Source of the DNA: Macrostomum hystrix
Lineage: Eukaryota; Animalia; Platyhelminthes
Reading direction: 5' to 3'
DNA length: 64,000 nt
Assembly: GCA_950097015.1 (NCBI GenBank)
Contig: CATNEN010000005.1
Span: forward strand, 1,302,001 to 1,366,000
Positions 38,083 to 49,209 of this stretch are shown piece by piece; position 1 is the first letter of the stretch, and every line of letters begins with the position of its first letter. Under the pieces are notes generated by a model. The model worked only from the letters and a program-made list of their open reading frames with translations, searched no databases and had not been told where the DNA came from. The position numbers and the translations under genes are program-made.

Positions 38083-38777
38083 CCGACCGACAAAGTTGCC
38101 AACTTTAGCAGAACGAAAGATGAGTCACGCGGATCTCGCAATTAAGGAAGTTGCGAAATAATTTGCAGATTCTAATTTTTGAAGAATTGAGAAGGATAGC
38201 CAAAGAAAGGGAGGACAAGAATTGGTTCGTTGAGGTCAATGAGATCAGTTTAGCGCTAGGCTGATTGGCAATTTTCTCAGAGACGAATTTATGAATGTGA
38301 GTGTGGATAAACGCACGAGGGTAACCATTTTGTTGAAACATTTCAACTGCACACTAGAATCAGGGAGCACTGGCTGAAACCGTCGGCTATTCAAAACCAT
38401 CTCTTAGAATGTAATAGCTGCTCCAGCTGCAAACCCGAAGAGCGCTTCAAAGTCATTGACCAATGCTCATTTGACTCCAAACTGCAGATACTTGAAGCGT
38501 TGTACATTAAAGCTCATTCCCCCAACGTCAACACTCAACTCCAACACAGTGGCGCGGGCCATGTTCTCCGTGTGTTCTGAGGGAGGGGGCACTGGCTGTA
38601 CTTTCTGCACTGCTGGCTGCAATGCTAACAATCCGCCCCTGGACTTGCCTCTTGACTTACGGAGTGTCAAATATGTACTCGAGAAATATTTAAATTATTG
38701 ATTAAAAATATTGATTAATGTTACACCCAAAGAATCACATATTTATTCGCTTTTCTACTTGCTCTGTTCGTTTTAAT

Positions 38778-38816
38778 AAACCTGAAGATGCACGATTCTG
38801 TGCGAAACGCGTCGTT
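38778..38816 (+). ncRNA. Minimal type I hammerhead ribozyme (Penelope pLTR), plus copy
   Basis: aac-CTGAAGA-t-gcac gattct gtgc-GAAA-cgc-GTC-gtt; palindromic stem III acgcgt; predicted cut after C38813. Confidence 0.75.
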
Positions 38817-39367
38817 AAACGTTAAATGTTGAGTCTCGCCTTTTTATTCATCTTGTTTGCCAAGCGAGCAACTTTACCTGAGTAAAACATTTATTTGTAA
38901 CTGGTTGTTGTGGAAATTGTTCATTTATTAACTTTTGCATTTTTTACAGATACATGTAAAAAGTCTCTTTATTATCTTCGCTACCTATCTCAAAAGAATT
39001 TACTGATTGGATCAATTTTTCTTAATTAAAAGCGTAATGGCAAGACTCATTTCGGCAACGGTTAGACCAAAAGAAAGTTAATTTTAGTTCAAATCATAAT
39101 TTGAAATAAGCTGACTTTATGACAGAATATATTTAATAATGTAACTTGACGCTCTTTAGCTTTTGTTGTTATTGAAGCAAATAAAGTAAAAAATCAAAGA
39201 AGAGACAAAGAAATCATATTTTCAAGTGACTATAGAGTTGCTTCACAATTTTTCAATATGTCGTCAAAAAGGGCACCGTTATTAAAAAACCATCCACAAA
39301 AACTGTGGTGACAATTGCTGTTCCGAAGCACTTTTGACATGTACTCCATTGCGCAATGCAAATTGAT

Positions 39368-40461
39368 TTACATCGTACATTTTAGAATAGGAAGAATAGA
39401 AGAGATTTTCGAAGCGCCGAACATGCGCATGTTGTTCGTGTAGCTTAGGTGAAGAAACTTGTGCACAGTGTACGAGCCTTTTGGAATTTGCTTTGCTTTG
39501 AATTTCTCATCTGAAAGCCTCTTGCAATGCTGCTTTTGTAGTTCGGATAGCTTTCGAGAATTGCTGCACATGCTTCTCATCCTACTGGGTCCATAGTAGG
39601 AGTCCCTCAGGGGCTGGAAGGCGTCCGCCTCGGCCAGCATGTTGCCGCACCAGTCCGCTGGCCTGTCGCTCGGCTGCAGCGCGGTGTACTTTTCGTAAAA
39701 GGACTGAAGCATGATGGGTCCCGTGACGTAAACGGCTTCATAGAAGCTTCTGTGACGACTTTTGACCCACCTGTTCTCAAACCAGGCCGGCCATTGCTCA
39801 AGAACGTAGCTCAGGAAGCTGTGGTTCGCTCGACTCATCATCACCGCATTCGAAATCATCGAGCTGATGTTGAAGATGAAGGCGGCATGCTCGGGTGGCT
39901 CCTGGCTCCACACGGCTTCCTGACAGCTGAAGTTAGATGACAGTCCGGCTCCCCGCAGTCCCGACGGTCTCAGCAGCGGCGAAGGGTCTCGGAGCAGCTC
40001 AACATCCGTGTCCACGTACAGTCCGCCGACGTGATGCAGCACGACCAGACGACCGATGTCCGATCGCTCCAGTCCGTTGTCCAGCTTGCTGTAGGTGCGG
40101 CTCAGCTTCGGGTAGTGCTTGGAGATGAGCTCGGAGATCTGATTGTCGTCCCAGTGCATGAACTGCCACCTATCCAGGTGGAAGCCGTCGCTGTTTGTGT
40201 TGTTTAGCACTGCGCGGCTCCTGTTGAACCGAACGCTCATTAGCTGTCTCCAGGATTTCAGAATTGATGTCTGTCTCATAGAAAGCCGGTTATCCTTGCT
40301 AGTCCAGTGTACGATGGGTGGTATGGACTCCGGGAATAACGCCGCCAGCGAGCTGCAGGGTGGCGCGTTGGCTGCTTCGAACAGCGACCAAATCGAACAG
40401 CGGAGAAGAAACAGCAGCGCAGAAGCCAGCAGGAGTACGATTAGAGGTTTTCGCCTCAGGG
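39368..40461 (-). CDS. GT32/DXD glycosyltransferase paralog 5 (main exon); ATG exon not located
   Basis: Frame stays open upstream of the listed ORF through LRRKPLIVLLLASALLFLL (TM) to a phase-1 acceptor ttttcag at 40462-40468; full core motifs. Confidence 0.82.
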
Positions 40462-40957
40462 CTGAAAATCAGTTATAGGTGCTTTGCGTTCACATGGTGT
40501 CTTCTCAGGTGTGGTTAGAAAAAACTGTACTTAGTGACTGTTTAATAGTAAATTTATTTATAGCTTCATCGAATGACTCAAACTAATTATTTGTCGCAAC
40601 GTGCCCCCTGCCTAAAGATGCATTAGGCTTCTGAAGCAGCAGAACCACTTTAATCGAGAATAAATTGAACATTTACTATCTTCGTGTTACAGTTTTTCGG
40701 CAAAAACCTTGCTTCTAAACATTTTCTTAGAGACTTCTTTCTTTTGCTCCTTCTGCTCCTGGTATTGCTCCTCGGGTCGGCCGTGATATCGTTACTTTCC
40801 TCTATGCGGCGCTTCCAAGTGTTGTCAACAGCTGTCCAGTCCGTGGACTGCATCAATTATGTAGCTAGAGTAGGTAAAACGAAGCGCTATGTAATTAGGA
40901 GTCTAAAAGGAGGGCCACAAATCGTTTCCCCGAGTTTAACTTTCATCAGAGGATGGG

Positions 40958-41284
40958 GTAGGGGGTTGTAGCCTAGTGGTTAGGGCGTTGGACTCACAAC
41001 TTAAAGGTCGGGGGTTCGATTTCCGACTCCACTGGAACAATTTGTGCCATTTAGCAAGACACATTAACTCTGCTTTGATTCAGTTCACCCAGCTGTTATA
41101 TGGGTACCAGTATTAGCTGAGATAATTGAAGGTGGGTATGGCGTCCCCCCAGTCCATGGACTGAACAGCTGTACGCAGCCTTCAGATGCGCCGCGCAACA
41201 GCTGCGGCTGTGCTCCGGGTTGCACATCTGGCCCTATTGGGGCAGGTGTAATCAATTATTATTAACATAATTAACATAATTAAT
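40958..41284 (+). mobile_element. tRNA-derived SINE, copy B
   Basis: gtagggggttgtagcctagtggtt (A box)...ggttcgatttcc (B box), CORE-like segment, shared gtccatggactgaacag body and AT-rich tail. Confidence 0.85.
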
Positions 41285-42384
41285 TTCAAACTCCGAACAG
41301 CTCCATAGAGAATCCGAAGCAATAGCCAAGCTAGGCTACAATGTCCGATGTCATGATAGACTCAGCATGCATAGAAGACGAACAAGACACTTGATTATAT
41401 CAGTTAATAATATGCTTTTATATAAAACACAAAATTAGAAAAACAGAACTAACCGAAAATAGTTTTCAAGCAGAATTGTAACATTCTGAGCAGCATCATC
41501 CTGAAACTGATTTGGCCGTCGGATGTAAATATAGGTAAAAGTCGACGCTGTTTTAGTTCTCAAATCACTATTTGCAGCCTTGATGCTTCGTTTCAAAATC
41601 CGATTTAGTGCGCACTACTTATTAGTTTGTTTAGCTACAAGCAAGTCAGCAGTTTTTATTGCTCTCACATGCACATTAAGCTAACAATGCTGGGACTATA
41701 TATACAGCTTGGATTGTGCAGCTTCTGTACATTGGTGAAACATTGGTCAGTTGTACGCGCATTTCATTCTTTCTGCAACTGACCGCGGAATGCGCTGTGT
41801 GACTTGATGCATGCACATTCAGAAAATACTGCACAGATAGTTTTCAAGTTTTCGAGTCTCCATACGTGTTCTGGCCAAAGCTAGAATGCCTAATAATAAA
41901 ACTATATGCAACTATTCAAGATGGTGTCGACATAGTTCTGACGTACTTTTTAGACGTCAGCGCATGGTTTTCCAATAATTTAGTCTCGCACGCCATTGTA
42001 AACCGATTTATTTAATTTAATTGAAAAGCTCGCTTGAACTTTTTGATTTGCGTTTCGCATACTGATCGATAACCAACATCTTTTTTACATTCATTATCAA
42101 CTTTACTCTTTTATGATATTTGGTTTCAATTATGGCATTGAAACCATTTTGAAACCATTCGGCAGTACCGAGAGCTACTGCCGCCAGCCCGCCCAGGACG
42201 TCCTGCTGCTCACCCTGCAGGGCAGTTCAGGCGCGGCCAGGCTCGGACCCGCCGCTACGTCGACTGCCTGCTGAGCGACGCCGGGGCGCCCGACACTTGC
42301 CACCGGCGCGGACCATGTTCGCGCGCTGGCTCTGCGGCGCACCATCTGATGCTGCAGCTCCCTGACTTTTGGGGCTAGCGTATT

Positions 42385-42434
<50 letters not shown>

Positions 42435-42436
42435 GC

Positions 42437-42492
<56 letters not shown>
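42385..42492. repeat. (TTG)36 microsatellite with one CTG interruption
   Basis: Seen directly. Confidence 0.95.
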
Positions 42493-42493
<1 letters not shown>

Positions 42494-44959
42494 GGGATCC
42501 TTTCTAGTGGGGGTGCCCTAGAAACATAATTATTGCCTCCGCTGACCGCAGGTTGAATTTCGTCAATTGATTCGTCATTGCAAATAAGCTGCCTTACCAT
42601 TTTAAATTTTCACAATTTTGATCTGAGATGAGCTGCATGTTTGTATAGCTAGGATAGCTCTTAGGTGCATATAATATAAATTTGAGAACTGTGTAATTGC
42701 TGTAATTGCTGTAATTGCTGTGTAAATCGCTAGCTATCACTTTTTTTTAATGCCAATCTATTATTTCTTTGCATTTTCCCATCAATTAACTATAGCTTTA
42801 AATCATAGAACTTGTTGTAATCTGACCTTCCCGTAAAAATTAACAGTAGGACTACCAAGCCATTTTGCCGCCCGTTTTTATACCAAGAGAGAGCTGCCCC
42901 CTTTGGCAGCGCCCAAATGCTTACAGCGTTGGGTGGTGACTGATTGGTTGACATACTAAGGCGAGGGTGCCCTGTGGTTGAGCTGAGCTGAGCCACGTGG
43001 TTGGGCAATATTGAGGCTTTGACCGTTTGAAATTGGAGAAATACGCGTCAGGGTGTCCAAAGTGGCCTAGTTCCACATGTTGTAGCCCTTGAAGGTCCAG
43101 TTCATCTAGACTCAGTGATCACCGAAGACGGAGATAATGCAGGCACGTTCGGTAACATGCTGATAAATTTTGAAGGTCTGGCAAAAGCCGCACTGAGGCG
43201 CAGTGATAATTCGTGTATTGGGGTATATTACACTAGCGCTTAATGGGAAAAATCCGACTTTTGGCCAGAACCATGCATTGAATATCTCGACGGTCTGCCA
43301 GCTTGCGACTTGCATGATTCTTGTTTTAGAAGATGCGCTAGAAAAAGTTGGCCCGTGTGCTTGAGTTTCATGTGCTTGCATATTGGTATCTTCGAGTGCA
43401 TAAAAATTGTCAGGGTGGGAATTCCCTTCTCCCAGCTAGGTATCTGTACTGGTTAACCGCAAATGCCGCGAATACCAATAAAAACCTAACTTATAATAGC
43501 AAACAATAAGTATTATATATCTATGAATTTCCACACATCTGGTTTATAAAAAGTCTGATAATTAGCTGCGCTCGCTACACGTATTTATGCTACAATTTGC
43601 TGCTGCAACAGCATTGCTGCATGCGCTGATATGCTGATAATTGACGGCTGTTATTTTATACATTAAAGCAGTTTATGATGCAATCTGCTCACTGATAAAC
43701 TCAGGGACAGAAATAAATGATCACGACTTTAATATTTGTTCTTAATGTTTATTACTTATCACCAATATTTTTGCATTTGTTTGACTGAACGCAGTTTCTT
43801 GGTAAAAAGTTTCGAATTTCCCGATTGTGCAACTGTCAAGCACTTTTATTGATAATAATGCATTCTTTATATTATAGTTTATCCCTTATCGATTCTTAAA
43901 GGGTCATAGAAAAACATTTTTACTTGCCGTGATAATTTTTCTCACACAACAACATTTTTATAGCTCTTGAAGTATTAGCCTAATTTAAATGTATACCTAT
44001 AATTTTTTTGTTTATGAAAAATGAGGTAAAATGTTTGTTGCTGGCAGTGGCTCAAAAGCAAAACATCATGTGTAATTAGTCAAATAATAAACTGAAGATG
44101 TTTAATTTTTTAATTGTTTAACATTGTATATATTTGTAACTCTATTGTTCTACTTTATGTTTTGCATTAGATTTCAATACTTTCATCTAACAAAATTATG
44201 GTAACTTAATAAAAAAAGCTATTGTAGCCTAGGTGTGGCCAAGCAAATTGGTAACTAGCTTTATCTTGAATTAATTAGAATATATGAAGCCATGTCTGTA
44301 TATGAACTTTTTGTATAGCTAAAGCCCCTTGGGCCATTCAATATATTTAATACATTCAAGCCAATTAAGTTTCACTTAGCTATAACAAATTAAATCAAGC
44401 TTGAATAAATAGCAATCTTAGCTAGTTGTTAGAATATTGCTTTATAGTTATCAAGCTATTTAATCACAAAATAATATTTTAAAAGAGCTGTATTCTATAG
44501 CTAACCCACAAAGTCACAACTGATATATATTAAGTAGCTATTAAACTACTTAAAATATCATTGTTATTGTTTAGAAAGCATTGGTAGTCTTAAATTAAGC
44601 TTAAATAATGGTATAATACTATATAAGAGTTGAAATTTTTATTATGAGGTGACAGAAATAAGAGCAGACAAAATAGGTATCAGAAGAACAGACTAGGCCT
44701 AGTGTAAAGAAAATAGACAAATATTGACAACAGTATTAAGCAGTCTTGGAAGAATGGTGCACTGTAAATACATAGAAATAATGGATATATCCAGAACGAT
44801 TTAAGTTAGGAAAAGGTGGTATGAAGGTAAAAAGAAAAAACTGAATTCCATTGGTGAGAAAAGAGTGGACAGGTGAGAAGGCAGTAGACAAGTTGGAAAG
44901 AAATAGACAGGTGGAAAAGAAATAGACAAGAAGAAAAATGGTAGACCAGAGAAAAGGGA

Positions 44960-46225
44960 GTAGATAAGAAAGGAAGGGAGTAGACAGGTAGGAAGGGAGT
45001 AGACAGGTAGGAAGGGAGTAGACAGGTAGGAAGGGAGTAGACAGGTAGGAAGGGAGTAGACAGGTAGGAAGGGAGTAGACAGGTAGGAAGGGAGTAGACA
45101 GGTAGGAAGGGAGTAGACAGGTAGGAAGGGAGTAGACAGGTAGGAAGGGAGTAGACAGGTAGGAAGGGAGTAGAAAAGAGGGAAGGGAGTAGACAAGAGG
45201 GAAGGGAGTAGACAAGAGGGAAGGGAGTAGACAAGCGGGAAGGGAGTAGACAAGAAAGGAAGGAAGTAGACAGGTAGGAAGGGAGTAGACAAGAGGGAAG
45301 GGAGTAGACAATAGGGAAGGGAGTAGACAATAGGGAAGGGAGTAGACAAGAGGGAAGGGCGTAGACAAGAAAGGAAGGGAGTAGACAAGAGGGAAGGGCG
45401 TAGACAAGAAAGGAAGGGAGTAGACAGGTAGGAAGGGAGTAGACAAGCGGGAAGGGAGTAGACAAGAAAGGAAGGGAGTAGACAGGTAGGAAGGGAGTAG
45501 ACAAGAGGGAAGGGAGTAGACAATAGGGAAGGGAGTAGACAATAGGGAAGGGAGTAGACAAGAGGGAAGGGCGTAGACAAGAAAGGAAGGGAGTAGACAA
45601 GAGGGAAGGGCGTAGACAAGAAAGGAAGGGAGTAGACAGGTAGGAAGGGAGTAGACAAGAGGGAAGGGAGTAGACAAGAGGGAAGAGAGTAGACAAGAGG
45701 GAAGGGAGTAGATAAGAAAGGAAGGGAGTAGACAGGTAGGAAGGGAGTAGACAAGAGGGAAGGGAGTAGACAAGGGGGAAGGGAGTAGACAGGTCTGAAA
45801 GGAGGAAATGGAGTAGACTGGAAAAAGAGGAGTAGACAGATCTGACAGGAGGAAAAGGAGTAGACAGGCCTGACAGGAGGAAAAGGAGTAGACAGGCCTG
45901 ACAGGAGGAAAAGGAGTAGACAGATCCGACAGGAGGAAAAGGAGTAGACAGATCCGACAGGAGGAAAAGGAGTAGACAGATCCGACAGGAGGAAAAGGAG
46001 TAGACAGGTCTGACAGGAGGAAAAGGAGTAGACAGGTCTGACAGGAGGAAAAGGAGTAGACAGGTCTGACAGGAGGAAAAGGAGTAGACAGGTCTGAAAG
46101 GAGGAAATGGAGTAGACTGGAAAAAGGGGAGTAGACAGGTCTGACAGGAGAAAAAGGAGTAGACAGGTCTGACAGGAGGAAAAGGAGTAGACAGGTCTGA
46201 CAGGAGAAAAAGGAGTCTATAAGGA
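44960..46225. repeat. Purine-rich compound minisatellite: 19-bp (gaagggagtagacaggtag) to about 45790, then 28-bp (gacaggaggaaaaggagtagacaggtct)
   Basis: Seen directly; both units share ggagtagaca. Confidence 0.93.
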
Positions 46226-46390
46226 GTAGACAGGCGGGCGCGTCGAAGGAGTAGAAACGTTGATCGGAATAGACAGGTGGTAGAGATAGTTAATTAGATT
46301 TGAAGGTTCTAAGGGGTATATTTAGTATCTAGAATGAATTACTCATAGAAAGTTTCCTATGTGTTTTTTTCAGTCCAAAGCGTACTAGCA

Positions 46391-46867
46391 ATGCAGGCAG
46401 CTGTAGCAGAAACAAATTTAGCATTGGCAGCTAATATTGGCACAGCATTGACCCAATCTGACGAAGAGTCAGAGCCAGACAATGATGACTATGTAGAAGA
46501 CGACGACGATATTAGCGACGACGCAGAGCTCGAACGTTTAAGCGGCTTTGCTGACTCGCTTGACTGGCTGCACTGTCGCGGCGTTGGCGGCGGTGGCAGC
46601 AGTCAACAACAGCCGCAGGCTAAACTTCTCGATCAGCATCAGCGCCTGGTGGATCTGGGCGATCGTCTAGTAAAAACAGACAGAAGAACCAGAGACAAAG
46701 CCGACAGAGCCACCACTGATAATTGCTTGGATCAGCGGAGCCTGCGAGTTATGTTTAAACTGTTGCAACAGGGAGTGCTAACTGGCATTGAAGGCTGCAT
46801 TAGTACCGGCAAAGAGGCCAATGTTTATTATGCGTCTAGTCCCGAGCACGGCCATTTGGCTATCAAG
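46391..46867 (+). CDS. RIOK1: RIO kinase 1, exon 1
   Basis: DKADRATTDNCLD...GCISTGKEANVYYA...LAIK; donor AAG|gtaaga. Confidence 0.9.
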
Positions 46868-46931
46868 GTAAGAATCACATATCTATTGTTTATCTAAATG
46901 TGTGGCTAGGCCGCAACACGCATGAAAGGAC

Positions 46932-48630
46932 AGATGAGTAGGATTGACTCAGATAAGGGTTCTGGAGATGAGTAGGAATGACTCAGATAAGGGTTCTGGA
47001 GATGAGTAGGAATGACTCAGATAAGGGTTCTGGAGATGAGTAGGATTGACTCAGATAAGGGTTCTGGAGATGATTAGGAATGACTCAGATAAGGGTTCTG
47101 GAGATGAGTAGGAATGGCTCAGATAAGGGTTCTGGAGATGAGTAGGAATGACTCAGATAAGGGTTCTGGAGATGAGTAGGAATGACTCAGATAAGGGTTC
47201 TGGAGATGAATAGGAATGGCTCAGATAAGGGTTCTGGAGATGAGTAGGAATGGCTCAGATAAGGGTTCTGGAGATGAGTAGGAATGAATCAGATAAGGGT
47301 TCTGGAGATGAGTAGGAATGACTCAGATAAGGGTTCTGGAGATGAGTAGGAATGACTCAGATAAGGGTTCTGGAGATGAGTAGGAATGACTCAGATAAGG
47401 GTTCTGGAGATGAGTAGGAATGAATCAGATAAGGGTTCTGGAGATGAGTAGGAATGACTCAGATAAGGGTTCTGGAGATGAGTAGGAATGACTCAGATAA
47501 GGGTTCTGGAGATGAGTAGGATTGACTCAGATAAGGGTTCTGGAGATGATTAGGAATGACTCAGATAAGGGTTCTGGAGATGAGTAGGAATGGCTCAGAT
47601 AAGGGTTCTGGAGATGAGTAGGAATGAATCAGATAAGGGTTCTGGAGATGAGTAGGAATGAATCAGATAAGGGTTCTGGAAATGAGTAGGAATGACTCAG
47701 ATAAGGGTTCTGGAGATGAGTAGGAATGGCTCAGATAAGGTTTCTGGAAATAAGTAGGAATGACTCAGATAAGGGTTCTGGAGATGAGTTGAAATGAATC
47801 AGATAAGGGTTCTAGATATGAGTAGGAATGACTCAGATAAGGTTTCTGGAAATAAGTAGGAATGACTCAGATAAGGGTTCTGGAGATGAGTTGAAATGAA
47901 TCAGATAAGGGTTCTAGAGATGAGTAGGAATGACTCAGATAAGGGTTCTGGAAATGAGTAGGAATGACTCAGATAAGGGTTCTGGAAATGAGTAGGAATG
48001 AATCAGATAAGGGTTCTGGAGATGAGTAGGAATGGCTCAGATAAGGGTTCTGGAGATGAGTAGGAATGACTCAGATAAGGGTTCTGGAGATGAGTAGGAA
48101 TGACTCAGATAAGGGTTCTGGAGATGAGTAGGAATGACTCAGATAAGGGTTCTGGAAATGAGTAGGAATGACTCAGATAAGGGTTCTGGAAATGAGTAGG
48201 AATGACTCAGATAAGGGTTCTGGAAATGAGTAGGAATGAATCAGATAAGGGTTCTGGAGATGAGTAGGAATGGCTCAGATAAGGGTTCTGGAGATGAGTA
48301 GGAATGACTCAGATAAGGGTTCTGGAGATGAGTAGGAATGACTCAGATAAGGGTTCTGGAGATGAGTAGGAATGACTCAGATAAGGGTTCTGGAGATGAG
48401 TAGGATTGACTCAGATAAGGATTCTGGAGATGAGTAGGAATGACTCAAATAAGGGTTCTGGAGATGAGTAGGAATGACTCAGATAAGGGTTCTGGAGATG
48501 AGTAGGAATGACTCAGATAAGGGTTCTGGAGATGAGTAGGAATGACTCAGATAAGGGTTCTGGAGATGAGTAGGATTGACTCAGATAAGGATTCTGGAGA
48601 TGAGTAGGAATGACTCAAATAAGGGTTCTG
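46932..48630. repeat. 34-bp minisatellite (gagatgagtaggaatgactcagataagggttctg), about 50 copies, RIOK1 intron 1
   Basis: Period 34 seen directly. Confidence 0.96.
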
Positions 48631-48694
48631 GCTCTTCTGAGTAGGTACGGTTAAAATAAGCTCCAAAGGAACAAAACTTTGCACCTGTTCCCAG

Positions 48695-48988
48695 GTTTAC
48701 ATGACATCCGTAATGCCGTTCAAAAATCGCGACAAGTACATGACCGGCGATCGTCGTCTTCGTCACGGCGTCGGCAAACGATCGTGGAAGAAGGTTAGCA
48801 AATGGGCCGAGAAGGAGTTTCGCAATCTGCTTCGAGTAGCTCAGGCTGGCATACCAGCTCCAAGACCAATCAAACTCAAGGGTGTCGTACTGCTCATGTC
48901 GCTAATCGGGGACCAAGACGACGCGGCGCCAAAGTTGAAGGATTTGAATAGCGACGATCCGGAACTGTGGCACAAGCTGTATTGGCAG
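48695..48988 (+). CDS. RIOK1: RIOK1 exon 2
   Basis: VYMTSVMPFKNRDKYMTGD...WAEKEFRNLLR...LLMSLIG...APKLKD; phase 0 at both ends. Confidence 0.92.
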
Positions 48989-49209
48989 GTAATGACGCTT
49001 GTTTTCAATAATAATCTATTTACTCTGCTTACCTGCTCACTCTATAATGCATTTATAACGAGTTTGGTTATGATTTATGCTTTTCCACTACTTAAAATAG
49101 TTGTTTAGGTTCTAAATCTCTATTTAGTACTTTAGAAGCCACTGTCTAGCACAGGTCTCGTAAACCTGTAGCTTAGATACAAAGGAGGAAATGCCAAATA
49201 CGGAAGCCG

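Larger units (their letters stand above)
37482..38880. mobile_element. Penelope-like element, 5'-truncated with an inverted 3' end
   Basis: About 500-bp inverted arms 37481-37982 and 38347-38845; 13-bp direct repeat agtaaaacattta at 37469-37481 and 38881-38893; GIY-YIG ORF. Confidence 0.88.

Noticed and set aside
7339-40461. Recent horizontal transfer of the GT genes from bacteria
   Set aside because: Genes have spliceosomal introns and type II TM anchors, and GT32 occurs widely in eukaryotes; cannot be supported without a phylogeny
40958-41035. tRNA-like cloverleaf with a CAC anticodon loop (also at about 16205-16283 on the minus strand)
   Set aside because: T-arm and acceptor stem cannot both close; followed by the shared SINE body and tail, so these are SINE heads, not tRNA genes
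42175-42600. Poly-Q ORF on the minus strand
   Set aside because: Explained by the (TTG)n microsatellite; flanking translation has no recognisable homology
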